Of a DNA stretch of 64,000 nt, positions 13,450-27,436 are shown piece by piece. Position 1 is the first letter of the stretch. Each line of letters begins with the position of its first letter. Location: the NCBI GenBank assembly GCA_951406725.2, contig OX597830.1:56606001-56670000 (forward strand). The letters are read 5' to 3'. Position numbers and translations under genes: made by a program. The notes under the pieces are model-generated. The model saw only the letters and a program-made list of their open reading frames with translations, did no database searches and had not been told where the DNA came from. Source of the DNA: Octopus vulgaris (Eukaryota).

Positions 13450-13536
13450 TTTCCCTGATGAGAAGATTACATTGTTTTACACCATTTTATGCCTTTGGAA
13501 TAATACCAATGTTGTCTTCGAAACATATGTCGGAAG
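13450..13536 (+). ncRNA. Type I hammerhead ribozyme, Penelope-type minimal stem III
   Basis: TTCC-CTGATGA-GAAGA...TCTTC-GAAA-CATATG-TC-GGAA: complete core, GUC triplet, palindromic stem III. Confidence 0.85.
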
Positions 13537-13689
13537 CAAAAGAATTTGAATAACACCTGCGTTTTACTCCATTTATTTAATTATATATATTATACAAAAT
13601 ATTTCACATCAACCTGGAGTTTCTGCCTTTACAAACAAGGTGTTACATCTTTATTACTTGTGTGATTTTTTGTGATCATTTTTATGATT

Positions 13690-13960
13690 GTTCTTTTAAA
13701 CATGAGCAACACAGATGAGACTTTTCTATCCTGCTAGGGACCTACACTCTTTTGCACAGATGTAACAATGATGGGTGCCTCTTGCTGTAGGTGTTACAAT
13801 ACTGTTTTGGTGAACCTTCCTATGACATTTTGGTCCATTTCTTGACACACATTCTTTTCTATACTCCTTGCATAGTTAACAACTTTCTTTTTTGGGTATG
13901 GGTTCTCTGGTGACTTCTTTGCTTTTTGAACAATAACTCATGCCTGGCCTCATGGGCCAC
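13690..13960 (-). mobile_element. RTE-like LINE 3' end relic
   Basis: Minus-strand HHCYICAKECRSLAG resembles the RTE C-terminal zinc finger. Confidence 0.5.
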
Positions 13961-14352
13961 AGTAATGACAAAGGAGTAACTCTATACTCTCCAAAACTCC
14001 TGAACTTCCAGTCATAAGTCTTACTTCTAGATACAGTTTAAATGTTTTGCCCAAGTATCTAAATAAACAATGTTTGATTAAGAAAAATAATATGATGGTT
14101 ACAGCTGGAAAGTCTTTGATTATAGCTGACCTACCTAGGTATAAACAACAACAACAGTGATAGTAACAACAATGAACACAACTAAAGTAAGTGTTGACCT
14201 GCATAGTAGTGTTTGTTGTTGTTGTTATTACTAATATTTTAAATGATTTATTGGAGTATGGTTTTAGAGTTGAATGGACAGTCACTACCTCCACTGCCAC
14301 CACCACTAGTAGCAGCAGCAGCAGCACTACTCCCACTTCACCACTGCTGCTG

Positions 14353-14417
<65 letters not shown>

Positions 14418-14947
14418 GCTACTACCACCACCACCACCACCACCACCACCACCACCACCACTACTACTACCATCAACACAGACAAGAGTGGGACAAATGG
14501 AAATATATAGGTAAAACCTGATTCTTGTTTCTTAAACAAAACACCTATATCTATATCTAGCATAAAACCAGGAGGTATGAGGTGTAAATATTTATTTAAC
14601 CATATAACTTCTATAGGATTACAGCTGTTTCACAACCTTCACGTAGTATTCATTTCAGTATGCAAGAAGACCTGCTTGCTTTAATGTTGTGTCCTGCTTT
14701 ATGACGACGTATTTCGTTGTCTCTGCAGGACTGGGCCAAACACTGTACCTTGCTGTCTGACATTACTGACTGTGTGCCAGTCTACCATTTATTAGTAGTG
14801 GACTGGCCTACTCCTCACCTGGAGGTGTCTGCCACAACAACTAATACGTATACTCAGCATTATACAATACAGTTGAATACAGTAATCACTTGCCATATTG
14901 CAGTTCATCTATCATGCTCTCAGAAAAATGTGGATTTTTCTGGCTAA

Positions 14948-15366
14948 TCATCATCATCATCATCGTCATCATCGTTTAACATCTGTTTTCCATGCTAGCA
15001 TGGGTTGGGCGGTTCAACCGGGGTGTTGGAAGCCTGGAGGCTGCACCAGATTCCAGTCTGATCTGGCAGTGTTTCTACAGCTGGATGCCCTTCCTAACGC
15101 CAACCACTCTGTGAGTGTAGTGGGTGCTTTTTATGTGCCACCGGCTCAGGTGCCAGGGGAAGCTGGCAACAGCCATGATCGGTTGGTAGTTTTTACGTGC
15201 CACCTACACGGAAGCCAGTCAAGGCGGCGCTGGCATCGGCCACGTATGGATGGTGCTTTTTATGTGCCACCAGCACAGGTGCCAGAGTAGGCTGGCAACG
15301 ACCACAAACGGTTGGTGCTTTTTACGTGCCACCGGCACGGAAGCCAGTCAAGGTGGCACTGGCATG
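14948..15366 (-). mobile_element. (GAT)n-tailed retroposon with about four internal units
   Basis: Conserved 3' block and repeated GGTGCTTTTTACGTGCCACC units. Confidence 0.8.
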
Positions 15367-15684
15367 TGTAAATTTATATTATGGACTCCTCAGTATATTT
15401 TGGGTTTCAGTGGACAATGGGTATTTATATTTTTTTTAGACTTTAATAATTTGTGGTAAAATAAGCATTTTCATGCCTAAAAATGAATAAATGAATAAAT
15501 AAAAATATAGTACAGTATTGCATTAATTAAATAATTAACACATTAATTAAAATATATTAAAAGAAAACATGTAGTGTACCATAGATGAGTAAACAAAGAA
15601 CTGCACATACTGTATGGAAAATGAAACATGGGAAGCTAGTGTGTGGTGTTGTTTTGCATTTATGATAAAATAAATATTTACAAA

Positions 15685-16082
15685 TCTCTCTCTATATAAA
15701 GCTGAAGTTGTCTGTGTATGGCAGGTATGGTAGCCTTCAACTAACACTATCTCCTCCGAGACCCTGCGGCCCAAATTGACCAAAATTGAGAGTATGATAG
15801 AAGAAGGTTTGCTCTTCCTTCAGTAGAAGATAAAATTCAAATCAGACCATGTTAACATCAAATATTATTTACATCAAAAAGGTGCTTTTTTTCTATGAAA
15901 ATCCCTATTTTTTACGATTTTTTGACTGCTGTGTTGACATTTTTCAGTGTATTTTAACCAGAAAAATATTCACTTAAAGAGAATAACAAGCTACATAATG
16001 CAAAATTTTTACTTTTCAAAAATTCCAATTCTAAAGGGTCGAAAAGATAACAAACCCGAGCATCACAGAGCTATACTGCTAG
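15685..16082 (+). mobile_element. Non-autonomous Helitron-like element
   Basis: A|TC 5' end, degenerate subterminal hairpin (cccgagcatcacagag), CTAG|T 3' end. Confidence 0.55.
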
Positions 16083-16264
16083 TTATAAAAATAATTTTTA
16101 AAATATACAGTACAGTACTGTTTCTGCTTCACGTCATGCATTTTCACCTATCAACTGCAACAGTTGAAGGATTATTGTATTCACAAATCAATGTGAATAA
16201 AGAAAGCCAGCTCATCAGATCACCAGGACATCATGGTTACATGAACAGTTCAACTCTAAGTATG

Positions 16265-16590
16265 AAGGTACGTGGTTTAGAGGTTAGGGTATTTGGCTCA
16301 CGAGTGTAAGGTCATGAGTTCAATTCTTGGTGACACATTGTATTCTTGAGCAAAACACTTTATTTCACATTGTTCCAGTCCACTCAGCTTGCCAAAATGA
16401 GTAGCACTTGTATTTCAAAGGGCCAGCCTTATCATGTTCTGTGTCATGCTGAATCTCCCTGAGAACTATGTTGGGGGTACATGTGTCTGCAGAGTGCTCA
16501 GCCACTTCCATGTCAATTTCACGAGCAGGGCATTCTGTTGATCGGATCAACTGGAACCCTTGTTGTTGTAACAGACAAAGTGCCAGCTTT
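16265..16590 (+). mobile_element. tRNA-derived SINE (further copies near 17525-17820, 25315-25560, 38690-38970, 46805-47130, 49410-49660)
   Basis: A-box/B-box-like head followed by CTTGAGCAAAACACTTTATTTCAC core. Confidence 0.75.
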
Positions 16591-16689
16591 TCAACTCTAA
16601 ATAAATACACAAAATTCACTCTTTGTATTTACAAGGTACAGAAGAGTAGAACTGGACGAAGTTGATTTGATTTGATCAGTAAAAGGTAA

Positions 16690-17210
16690 ATAATAATAAT
16701 AATGAAATTATTGCATACAGTGCTCAGGTGCACCACAACTTGTCAAAAGTGCATATAAAGTATATGCTGTAATGTAAAAATGTCTGGAAAGCGAACAATG
16801 CATGAGTCAGCTACATGCTTGTGTGTGTATGGAGGGGATAAAATCAGGTGTAGTGCTGGCGAATCTCAGGAAGCATGGAAGTTTTGAAGGATGCAGTGCT
16901 CTGACAACTAACAACTGATGCCGGCAGTTTGTTCCATGCTTCAGCAACTCTTAGTGAGAAAAAAATATTTCCGAAAGTCATGGGAGCTGTGCTGTTTTCT
17001 GACTTTGTAAACTTGTCCACGGGTGTTAGAAAGGTGGAGTTTGAAAAGGTGCTCAAAGTTATTGTTAGTAAAATGGTTAATAATTTTATGGGTGTCTGCC
17101 AAGTCAGCTGCCAGACATCGGAGTTTCAATGTGTCCAGGCCCAGGGAAGTAAGGCGTTCAGAATATGGCAAATGCTTGATGGAGGGTATTCTCTTGGCTG
17201 CACGTCGCTG
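16690..17210 (-). mobile_element. CR1 3' fragment, same subfamily as 10270-10850
   Basis: QRRAAKRIPSIKHLPYSERL...NTRGQVYKV and the same 3' UTR. Confidence 0.88.
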
Positions 17211-18424
17211 AGAAATAACAGAGAAAAGGCATACTGTGGTGCTATTCATTATAGAATGAATAAATTTCTTACTGAAATTAATACTACAAACAGAAGATTG
17301 CAAAATGGCCATAATCTTATGGTAGATTAATTGGTTAAATAAATTTATTGTCGAGCATTGCCCATGAACTAGTAAGAAACAAACTATAGATAAGAACCTT
17401 TACTGCAGACTAGTTATTGGAATGGCTGGCAGAAAAGGGACTGCTGGTCAGGCGGCAAATGAGACCTGGGCTTGAATAGGGGATTATGTGCCCCCTCACA
17501 TTGTAGATGATTGTGGCAGTCCATTGCTTACAATGAAGAGGGTTTCAGTTGATCCAATCAAAAGAACAGCCTGCTCATGAAATTAACATGCAAGTGGCTG
17601 AGCGCTCCTCAAACATGCGTAGTTCTCGGGGAGATTCAGCGTGACACAGAATGTGACAAGGCTGGCCCTTTGAAATACAGGTACTATTCATTTTTGCCAG
17701 CTAAATGAACAGGAACATGAAATAAAGTGTTTTGCTCAAGAACGCAATGAACTGCCAGGAATCAAACTCAGGACTTTACAGTTATGAACCAAATACCCTC
17801 ACCACTAAGCTGCACACTTTCACTGAAGATGATTAACACAATATGCAGCACTTCAACACATTCTCGTTTGTGGTTATTTTTACCTACCACATGTCATTGA
17901 CACAGAGCCATGTAGTTGACTGGACCATTAGGGACACTGCTTGACAACTAGTGTCAGTGTGTTTATATCCCCATAACTTAGCGGTTCAGCAAAGGTGACC
18001 GATAGAGTAAGTACTAGCTTAAAAAATAACTCCTGGGGTCGATTTGTTTGACTAAAACCCTTCAAGGCAGTGCTCCAGAACGGCCGCAGTCAAATGACTG
18101 AAACAAGTAAAAGAATAAAAATTAAAATTAAAAATAAAAATAAAAATAAAATAGAAAAAAAAATGAATAGGCTAGCAGGATCAGTGGTGATGTGGGAGTT
18201 AAGCAAAAACAACAATAACGTAACGACAACAATAACAATATTAACAAGGAAAGGTACATTAGATAATGTAGTCCTAGGTACACAATGGCTGAACAGAAAA
18301 TTGGATGAAAACAGAATAGCTTCATGGAAAATTTACAGGATTAGAACTGACCTAAGTTGTGTTAATCAACAACACCAACACCAACCACAAGGATACATTT
18401 GACAATGTAGCCCTAAATACATTA

Positions 18425-18990
18425 TTCTTTTATTACTCTAGGCACAAGACCCAAAATTTTGTGGGAGGGAGCCAGTCGATTAGATCAACCCCAGTATGCA
18501 AATGGTATGTAATTTATCGACCACCGAAAAGATGAAAGGCAAAGTTGACCTGGGCAGAATTGGAACTCAGAACATAAAGAGAGACGAAATATCTATGTCT
18601 TTACTGCCCACACAGAGGGGACAAACAAGAACAGACAAACGGATTAAGTCGATTACATCAACCCCAGTGTGTAACTGGTACCTAATTTATCGACCTCAAA
18701 AGGATGAAAGGCAAAGTCGACCTCGGCAGAATTTGAACTCAAAACATAAGAAAGACGAAATACCTATTTCTTTACTACCCACAAGGGGCTAAACACAGAG
18801 GGGACAAACGAGGAGAGACAGATGGATTAAGTCAATTATATCGACAACAGTGCATAACTGGTACTTATTTAATCGACCTTGAAAGGATGAAAGGCAAAGT
18901 CAACCTCCGTGGAATTTGAACTTAGAACGTAGCAGCAGATGAAATACCGCTAAGCATTTCGCCTGGCATGCTAACGTTGCTGCCAGCTTA
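18425..18990 (-). repeat. Second tandem SINE array (three units, one head)
   Basis: Same unit and tail-to-body junction as 11837-12623, more diverged. Confidence 0.82.
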
Positions 18991-19212
18991 GTCCTAGATA
19001 CATTATTGATGAATAGAAGATGAATTTGATAACAGCTGGAGCAGCTGTCATAGAAAGCCTGCTGGATTAAAACTGCTCTAGGGGTGGGACATAACTAACA
19101 ATGATACAGGAGGGCTTTAGGCTTTGTTAAAGCTGTTCTAGATACACTATGCCTGAATAAAGGATGAGATGACAGCAGCAGGAGCGGCTTTGATCATAAG
19201 TCTACTGGATCA

Positions 19213-19280
19213 GGACTGACCTTGGAGGAGACTGACCTTGGAGGAGGACTGACCTTGGAGGAGGACTGACCTTGGAGGAG
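19213..19280. repeat. 17-bp minisatellite, four copies
   Basis: GGACTGACCTTGGAGGA repeated. Confidence 0.9.
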
Positions 19281-19504
19281 AGGGTGCTTATCAACAACAA
19301 TAGCGACATGGAGTAATACATTAATTAATGTGGTTTTAGATGCACCATGAATAGAAGATTGGACAGACTGCTAAAAATAGCAATAATTGAAGTCAATGTC
19401 TTTTAATATGGGAAAGGAATTCAGGTATGTATCTACATGTGTTAGTGTAGTCGTGTGTATCCATATATGTATGTATGTATGTGTTATGTATGTATGTATG
19501 TATG

Positions 19505-19537
<33 letters not shown>

Positions 19538-19649
19538 TATGTATGTATATATGTATATCTGTATGTATGTATGTATGTATGTATGTATGTATTATGTATG
19601 TATGTATGTATGTATGTATGTATGTATGTATGCATGTATGTATGTATGT

Positions 19650-19813
19650 AGGCGCAGGAGTGGCTGTGTGGTAAGTAGCTTGCTTACCAACCACATGGTT
19701 CCGGGTTCAGTCCCACTGCGTGGCACCTTGGCCAAGTGTCTTCTACTATACCCTTGGGCTGACCAAAGCCTTGTGAGTGGATTTGGTAGACGGAAACTGA
19801 AAGAAACCCATCG

Positions 19814-19907
<94 letters not shown>

Positions 19908-20143
19908 TGTGTGTGTGTATGTGTGTGTGTATGCTTGTGTGTCTGTGTTTGTGTGCTCCAACATCACTTGACAACCGATGCTGGTGTGTTTATGTTCCCA
20001 TAACTTAGCGGTTCGGCAAAAGAAGCCGATAGAATAAGTACTAGGCTTACAAAGAATAAGTCCTGGGGTCGATTTGCTCGACTAAAGGCAGTGCTTCAGT
20101 ATGGCTGCTGTCAAATGACTGAAACAAGAAAAATCGTAAAGAG
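19650..20143 (+). mobile_element. Full-length tRNA-derived SINE with internal (TA)n(TG)n (other copies near 23430-24245, 44510-44935, 50280-50650, 50985-51420)
   Basis: TGGCTGTGTGG A-box, GGTTCAGTCCC B-box, conserved 3' half ending ATGACTGAAACAAG. Confidence 0.82.
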
Positions 20144-20775
20144 TATGTATGTATGTAGGTGGCACGTAAAAAGCACCCACTACACTCATTGCCAGATAAG
20201 ACACTACACTCACGGAGTGGTTGGCGTTAGGAAGGGCATCCAGCTGTAGAAACACTGCCAGATCAGACTGGAGCCTGGTTCAGCCTTCTGGCTTCCCAGA
20301 CCCCGGTTGAACCGTCCAACCCATGCTAGCATGGAGAACGGACGTTAAACGATGATGATGATGATGATGATGTATGTATGTATGTATGTATGTTTGTATG
20401 CAATGAAGGTTTTTGGCTTAGTAGTCAGAGTATTCAGCTCACGATCATAAGGCCATGAGTTCAATTCCCAGCAGGTCATTGTATCCTTGAGCAAGACCCT
20501 TTATTTCACATTGCTCTAGTTCACTCAGCTGGCAAAAATTAGTAATACCTGTAATTCAAAGGACCAACCTTGCAACATTCTGTGTCACACTAAATCTCTC
20601 TGAGTTCAAATTCTACTGAGGTTGACTTTGCCTTTCATCCTTTCGGGGTCAATAAATTATGTGCCAGTGAAACACTGGGGTCAAAGTAATCAACTAGTCC
20701 CCTCCCACAAAATTTCAGGCCTCGTGCCTATAATAGAAAGGATCATCATCATTATCATCATCATCATCATCATCA

Positions 20776-20813
<38 letters not shown>

Positions 20814-21526
20814 TGAAGGTGGTTAGCTGGCAGAGTTGTTAGCACCCTGGATGAAATGCTTAGTGGTTTTTCACCTGTCACTATGTCCTGAGTTCAAATT
20901 CTGACGAGTTTGACTTTACCTTTCATCCTTTCTGGGTCGACAAATTAAATACCAGTTGAGTGCTGGAGTCGATGTTATTGACTGTCCCTCTCCCCCAAAT
21001 TTTAGGCCTCGTACCTATAATAGAAAGGATTATTATTACTATTATTATTATTATTATCATTAAGGCATGACAGGTAATTTTGGAAATATACTTTTGACAC
21101 CATGGGTAATAGTAGGAAATATGGTGGTAGTAGTGGTTGTTATGATGGTTGTGATTGTGGTGGTGGTGGTGTTAGTGTTGATGATAATAATGATGTTGAT
21201 GAGTGTATGCTCAGTTCATTCATGTAATGCATTTTATAAGCAGTTTTTTTTTTTGTTTTTTAAATAAGTGTATTTAATAGGTGTGGTGTTAGATGTGTGT
21301 CTACTGCATTAAATTATTGTACTGTTGCTTCGTTTGCTAGTTTGTTTGAATAACTTGTTGATTAATTTTATTGTTGATTAGTTGATTAGATATCTTCATG
21401 TAGTGCTTTGCTTGTGGTGGAGAATCAAAGCAGAGATGTCATCACTGCTATTTTTATATTTGTGCTGACAATGCAATACTGGCGTTTATTAGCTGCTTTA
21501 GTATAAAGGACCTGAAATAATGATAA

Positions 21527-21969
21527 GGATCTTTTCGGTTTGACCAGCAGTTTTTAAAAATAATTTCCATATAACTAAACACTTTTAAACTTCGTATACT
21601 GGTAGAATGTGTTTAAAAAATTTCTTTTTCTCTTGGCTTTATTGAGAAAATTCTATAGTTCGTAAGATATTTGTTGTTCTTTTTTTCTTCAATTTCTGCA
21701 ATTTCAACCAATCAGTGACGTCTACTGAGGTGAAAACATTCTCTGCCATATGAAAATGTCCCTCGTTTAAGAAACAGATTGGGTTTATTTACATTTCTGA
21801 AGGAAAAAAATACCCTTCCCCCCACCCCCTAACCCTAAACCTAACTATAACCCTAACCCTAAAACAGATTGAAATGCAATAGATCGATACTAGGGTCATA
21901 ATTATTACTAGGGTGACAATTTCATATGACACCGCTAGAAAAAAACTGCCGTTCAAACCGAAAGGATCC
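21527..21969. mobile_element. MITE with GGATCTTTTCGGTTTGA TIRs and internal (CCCTAA)n
   Basis: Terminal inverted repeats; AATGATA duplicated on both flanks. Confidence 0.88.
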
Positions 21970-22228
21970 AATGATATTAATAATAACAACAATAATCCTT
22001 TCTACTATCGACCCTGAAAAGACGAAAGGCAAAGTTGGCCTTGGTGGAATTTGAACTCAGAACACAGCAATGGGTGAAATGCCACTGCTAATGATTCTGC
22101 CAGCTCACCACCTAAAGAAGGATAATAATCCTTTCTACTGATGGCACAGGGCCTGAAATTTTTGGGGTAGGGACTAGTCGATTGCTAGATTCGTATAGCC
22201 AGCTGGCTGTTATGTTGGCAAACAATCT

Positions 22229-22665
22229 TTACTCTTTAATAGTTGTTACCAGACCTACAAGTTCTTCGTCATTTATAGCAACCAGTTTCAGATCGTCCAT
22301 ATAAAACAGATGGTTTATAGTTGAATTATGAACTTTGAACCCATACCTGGTGTTATTTATTTCACTTGAGAGTGGGATCAGTGCCATGCAAAAGAAGAAT
22401 GGAGAGACGGAGTCACCTTGAAAGATGCCTCGTTTGATATTGAGGTTGTTAGATTGGCTCATCCCATTACTATGGTTTAGAAGATGTGTGTGCCACTTGG
22501 CCATGCTACCTTGTGAGAATTTGGAGACGACAGGAAAGATCATATATATCTCAAGGGCCTCGAGTAACCAATTATGTGGGACGCTATCAAATGCTTTCCT
22601 GTAGTCTATCCATACCATACTCAGATTCCTCTTTTTGCTCCGGCAATTGTCTATAATCATGTTAC
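22229..22665 (-). mobile_element. R4/Dong-like RT fragment
   Basis: WIDYRKAFDSVPH, GIFQGDSVSP, HLFYMDDLKL. Confidence 0.88.
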
Positions 22666-22676
22666 TATTATTTTAC

Positions 22677-22721
<45 letters not shown>

Positions 22722-22754
22722 TATTATCATTATTATTATTACTATTACTATTAC

Positions 22755-22798
<44 letters not shown>

Positions 22799-23586
22799 TA
22801 TGTTTGACTTTTGCTTTATATTTGTACAAGTTGGCTCCAAGTCTCACCCAGAGACCTCAAGAGACAACAGGGTTGGAAGTTCATGTTGTTGTTATGCCTA
22901 GTGTGCCATATATTTTGGGGGTGGGGTGTTTATTATTGTTATTATTATTATCTCAATGTTTATATCTAGAAATAGAGTTATTGTGTCATTATATATTTGA
23001 ATAACTTTTGGATATTGAATTGTAGGACAGAATTGTTGTCCAAGTCAACCTTTAATCTCTTGACATATTCTAGTGCGTCCATCATCACAAGTATCTCATC
23101 AATATCACTTGTGCATATCATATGTTCCTTACTTGACATTTCTCACTTTCTCTTGTGGTCATGTGAAATGCTGCAAAGATGGGACATAAAAGAAGAACCC
23201 ATGACTGGACTGTTTCATCTTAGTATATGTATAGCTGGCTCCAGCTGACTGTAGCTGAAATAAGCTCCACTTCAGTATTATAGAATCCTACATGACTTTG
23301 AAATACTGGGTTCATATCAGGTCCATGTTGAGGAGGGAGAATGCCAGTCACTGACTTTTTCAGGGTATATGTTTGTGTAGGGGGAAATTTTATGTTTCTA
23401 ATATAGTTTGTTTTATTTCCTCAAGAGGTCTTGAGTGGCTGTGTGGTAAAAAGCTTGCTTCCCAACCATATGGTTCTTGGTCCAGTCTCACTGTTTGGTA
23501 CTTTTGGCAAGTGTTTTCTACTATAGCCTCGGGCCGACCAAAGCTTTGTGAATGGATTTGGTAGATGGAAACTGAAAGAAGCCCAT

Positions 23587-23621
<35 letters not shown>

Positions 23622-25979
23622 GCATACACACACACACATATAAAATATATACGCATATATACACATACTCTTTTACTCTTTTATATATATATAGACACAT
23701 ACACACATACATACATACATTTATATATATAGACACATACACACATACATATATACATTTATATACGTGTAAAGCACCCACTACACTCACGGAGTGGTTG
23801 GCGTTAGGAAGGGCATCCAGCCATAGAAACACTGCCAGATCTGACTGGGCCTGATGAAGCCTTCCAGCTTCACAGACCCCAGTTGAACCGTCCAACCCAT
23901 GCTAGCATGGAGAACGGACGCTAAATGATGATGATGATGATGATATATATATATACACATCTATCTATCTATCTATATATATATATATATATGTATATGT
24001 ATATATATACATATATATACTTATGTATATGTTTGTGTGTCTGTGTTTGTCCCCTCACCATCATTTGACAAAGGATGCTGGTGTGTTTATGTCCCCATAA
24101 CTTAGTGGTTTGGCAAAAAGAGAGCAATAGAATAAGTACTAAGCTTACAAAGAATAAGCCCTGGTGTTGATTTGTTCGACTAGAGGCAGTGCTCCAGTGT
24201 GGCCACAGTCAAATGACTGAAACAAATAAAAGAATAAAAGAATACTTGTTTCAGTCATTTGATTGCAGCCATGCTGGGGCACCACCTTAAAGGGTTTTTT
24301 AGTCAAAGAAATCGACCCCAAGACTTTTTTCTTTAAACCTGGTACTTATTCCGTCAGCCACTTTTGCTGAACTGCTAAGTTACAAGGATGTAAACGTACC
24401 AGCACTGGTTGTCGAGTGGTAGTGTGGGACAAACACAGACCAGTTGAACACTGGGGTTGGTGTAATTGACTTAGCCCCTCCTCGACTGAAATTGCTGGTC
24501 TTGTGCCAAAATTGGAAATCCTCCTCCTCGTCAACACCACCACCACTGCCGCCACCAAGAACCACCACCACTATCATCATCATCAATGTAGTGAGCTGGC
24601 AGAATCATTACTGCACTGGTATTATTTAAATAACAACATGCTTAAACACACATCTTTCCCTATGGAAAAAGTCTCTTCAAACCATCAGATACCACTTCTT
24701 CCTGTAGATGCAAGATTTATTCCACTACTTGTGTCTTCTTTTTATTACTATTGGTATCTCTCTTCATTGCTATTTCTAGCAATGAGTCTCCCATTTCTCA
24801 TGACTCTTCCATTCAGCTGCCACCTTAATAACTCTTTTTCCCTCTTCAAACATTTGCTTCTCTTTACCTCTCATCCCAGTTTACCTTTTACAGTTGCTCT
24901 CTCTTCCACCTGCTTCGTTAGCCATGACACTCTGAACAAATGGAAACAACATAGGGAACCCTTTTGTCTTGTGAAGTATAACACAACCTTACAGATGTTG
25001 GTGCCATAATAAAGCACACATAATACAAAATTATAAAATGGTTGGTAGTAAGAAGGGCATGCAATCATAGAGGATCTTTTTGTCTTGTGAGATAGAAGGT
25101 AACCTTATCAGTGTTGTTGTCATAATAAAACACATAATGCATATAACTATAAAGTGGTTGGTATTTGGAAGGGCATGTAGCCATAGAAACCATGCCAGAT
25201 ATAAAAGGTATTAGTATGACATTGTCCCTTGGCACATCTATGTGGGAATATCTCCACTTAAGAACTGACTCAAACTATGGTGAGCCATCTAATCCATCTC
25301 TCTCTCTCTCTCTCGCCCTTTTTAAAGCCTAGCCAGGCTAATGGGCCCAGTTTCCTGGTTTCAATGGCGTATATGTTCCCCAGCTGGACGGGATGCCAGT
25401 CCATTGCAGCGTTAATCATTTTTGCCAGCTGAGTGGACTGGACCAATGTGAAATGAAGTGTTTTGCTCAAGAACACAACGCATTGCCCGGTCCAGGAATC
25501 AAAACCACAATCTTATGATCACGATGCTGACACCCTAACCACTAAGCCATGCATCTCCACCAGCTAATCCATACCAGCATGAAAAGTGAACATTAACTGA
25601 AAATGATTCTCTTGCTTTGTTATATAATTGTGTGTGAGCTTTAAATTCAAACCCTCTTCATCCAAAACTATGGGGCCTTTACATGGTCGCTTGACCTTCT
25701 AGAAATATGAGCTATATTGCCTTCATATCTCACTTAGATCTTAACAAAAAGGGTACCCATTTAATGGGGTGATCCTAGATAATCTGCATCAGGCAAAATA
25801 CGGAATGTCACGGCTGGAAAGGCTTTAGATCATATGTACGTTGGATCAGATTTGACCTAGGGTTAAACAATAACACCATCAGCAACAATAACAGATCTAG
25901 GGTACTTAATATTTTATCTCGCTGTCTTTCTAATTTCCACCTGAGAAGTGAAGCTTAATTAAGATTTTGTCCTAGTGAC

Positions 25980-26058
25980 TGTTTTCTACATTACGGGGAA
26001 GTAACTCTTCCGGAACTCCAAAGCACTTGGTTTGAGTCGAAAGCGAGAGAATAAGGGA

Positions 26059-26102
<44 letters not shown>

Positions 26103-26286
26103 TCGAAAGACGAAGGGAGATAAAGATAGATAGATAGATAGAGGGAGAGAGTGTTGGTATGAGTGTGAGTGAGAGCGAAGTTATTGTTCGATGGAGACGT
26201 ACAGACTTGCCGTCTTCCTAGTCTCTTCTCTCGTTCTTTAATATATCTTAAAAAACTATATATTAATTACTGTTTTGGCTGGAGTA
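25980..26286 (+). promoter_or_regulatory. Probable promoter and 5' UTR of the P5B ATPase gene
   Basis: Abrupt rise in CpG, (GA)n tract and unique sequence just upstream of a phase-compatible first coding exon. Confidence 0.5.
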
Positions 26287-26314
26287 ATGATCGATTCGTC
26301 AATCGTTTTCGATA

Positions 26315-26330
26315 ATGAACCTCCGATCAG
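26315..26330 (+). CDS. ATP13A3: P5B-type ATPase, putative coding exon 1 (MNLRS-G)
   Basis: ATG AAC CTC CGA TCA G|gtacga; phase 1 matches the acceptor at 47229; no homology support for this short exon. Confidence 0.55.
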
Positions 26331-26545
26331 GTACGAATGTTAAGTTTAATTAATATACTAATTTCATTATTATTATTAATGGTTATTATGGTTTGATTTT
26401 TTTCAACAACTATTTTGATGTTAAAATCGGGAATTACTCGTCTTCCCCTTTCGTTACACTAATCCTTACCCTCGTTAGTGGAGAGAAGACGGATAAGCTC
26501 CGATTCCTTTTTTTTTCATTTTGATTTGAGTTTGAAAGTTTATAT

Positions 26546-26604
<59 letters not shown>

Positions 26605-26909
26605 TGTGTGTGGGTATGTCTGACCCTGTGAACGAAGTTGTGAGTTTCATAAATGCTTTTATATATATATTCTCGGTGGTATTATCAAATGTTTGTGTTG
26701 TTACTCGGAGTTATTTCATCATACGTGTCACGGCTTACACACAGATACACACACACACGTGTGTGTGTGTGTGTATATATAATAGAATTAAACATTAACC
26801 ATATATTCGTATACACACATTTGTGTATATGTACGTGTGGGAATAATATGTTTTACCCTGCCTTGTATTTCTTGTACTTACCAGTACAAGGTGGGATAAA
26901 ATTACGACA

Positions 26910-26941
<32 letters not shown>

Positions 26942-27345
26942 TTGTGAAAAATAATAATAAAATTAACAACAACAGTTGGAAATGGTGAGTTGGCAGAACG
27001 ATGCAAAAAAAGCCCTAAATATTTTCCCTGTTATCTTAGTATCTCCCTATGTATACTATACGTATAGAGCGGTACCAAAGTCTGAATGCCGATCTCATCT
27101 GTGTTGACTTTTCGCCCCCTCAAGGGTCACACATCCTATAGTACATTCATTTATACATAACTTATATATATATATACATATAAAAGGACCAATTTAGTAA
27201 AAATCCGCCCCACCCTGTTTATTTACATAGATTACATACAGTGTGCCGACTATCTGTCGTCACATTATATAGAATAAGAGCACCGGGTTTTTTTTTACAT
27301 CTCTAGCTATCTATCTATCTATTCATTCACACACACACACGTATG

Positions 27346-27436
<91 letters not shown>

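Noticed and set aside
14615-14665. Minus-strand GAAACAGCTGTA motif
   Set aside because: The CUGANGA box is broken; at most a dead relic.
19650-19730. tRNA gene
   Set aside because: tRNA-like head of a SINE; no complete cloverleaf.
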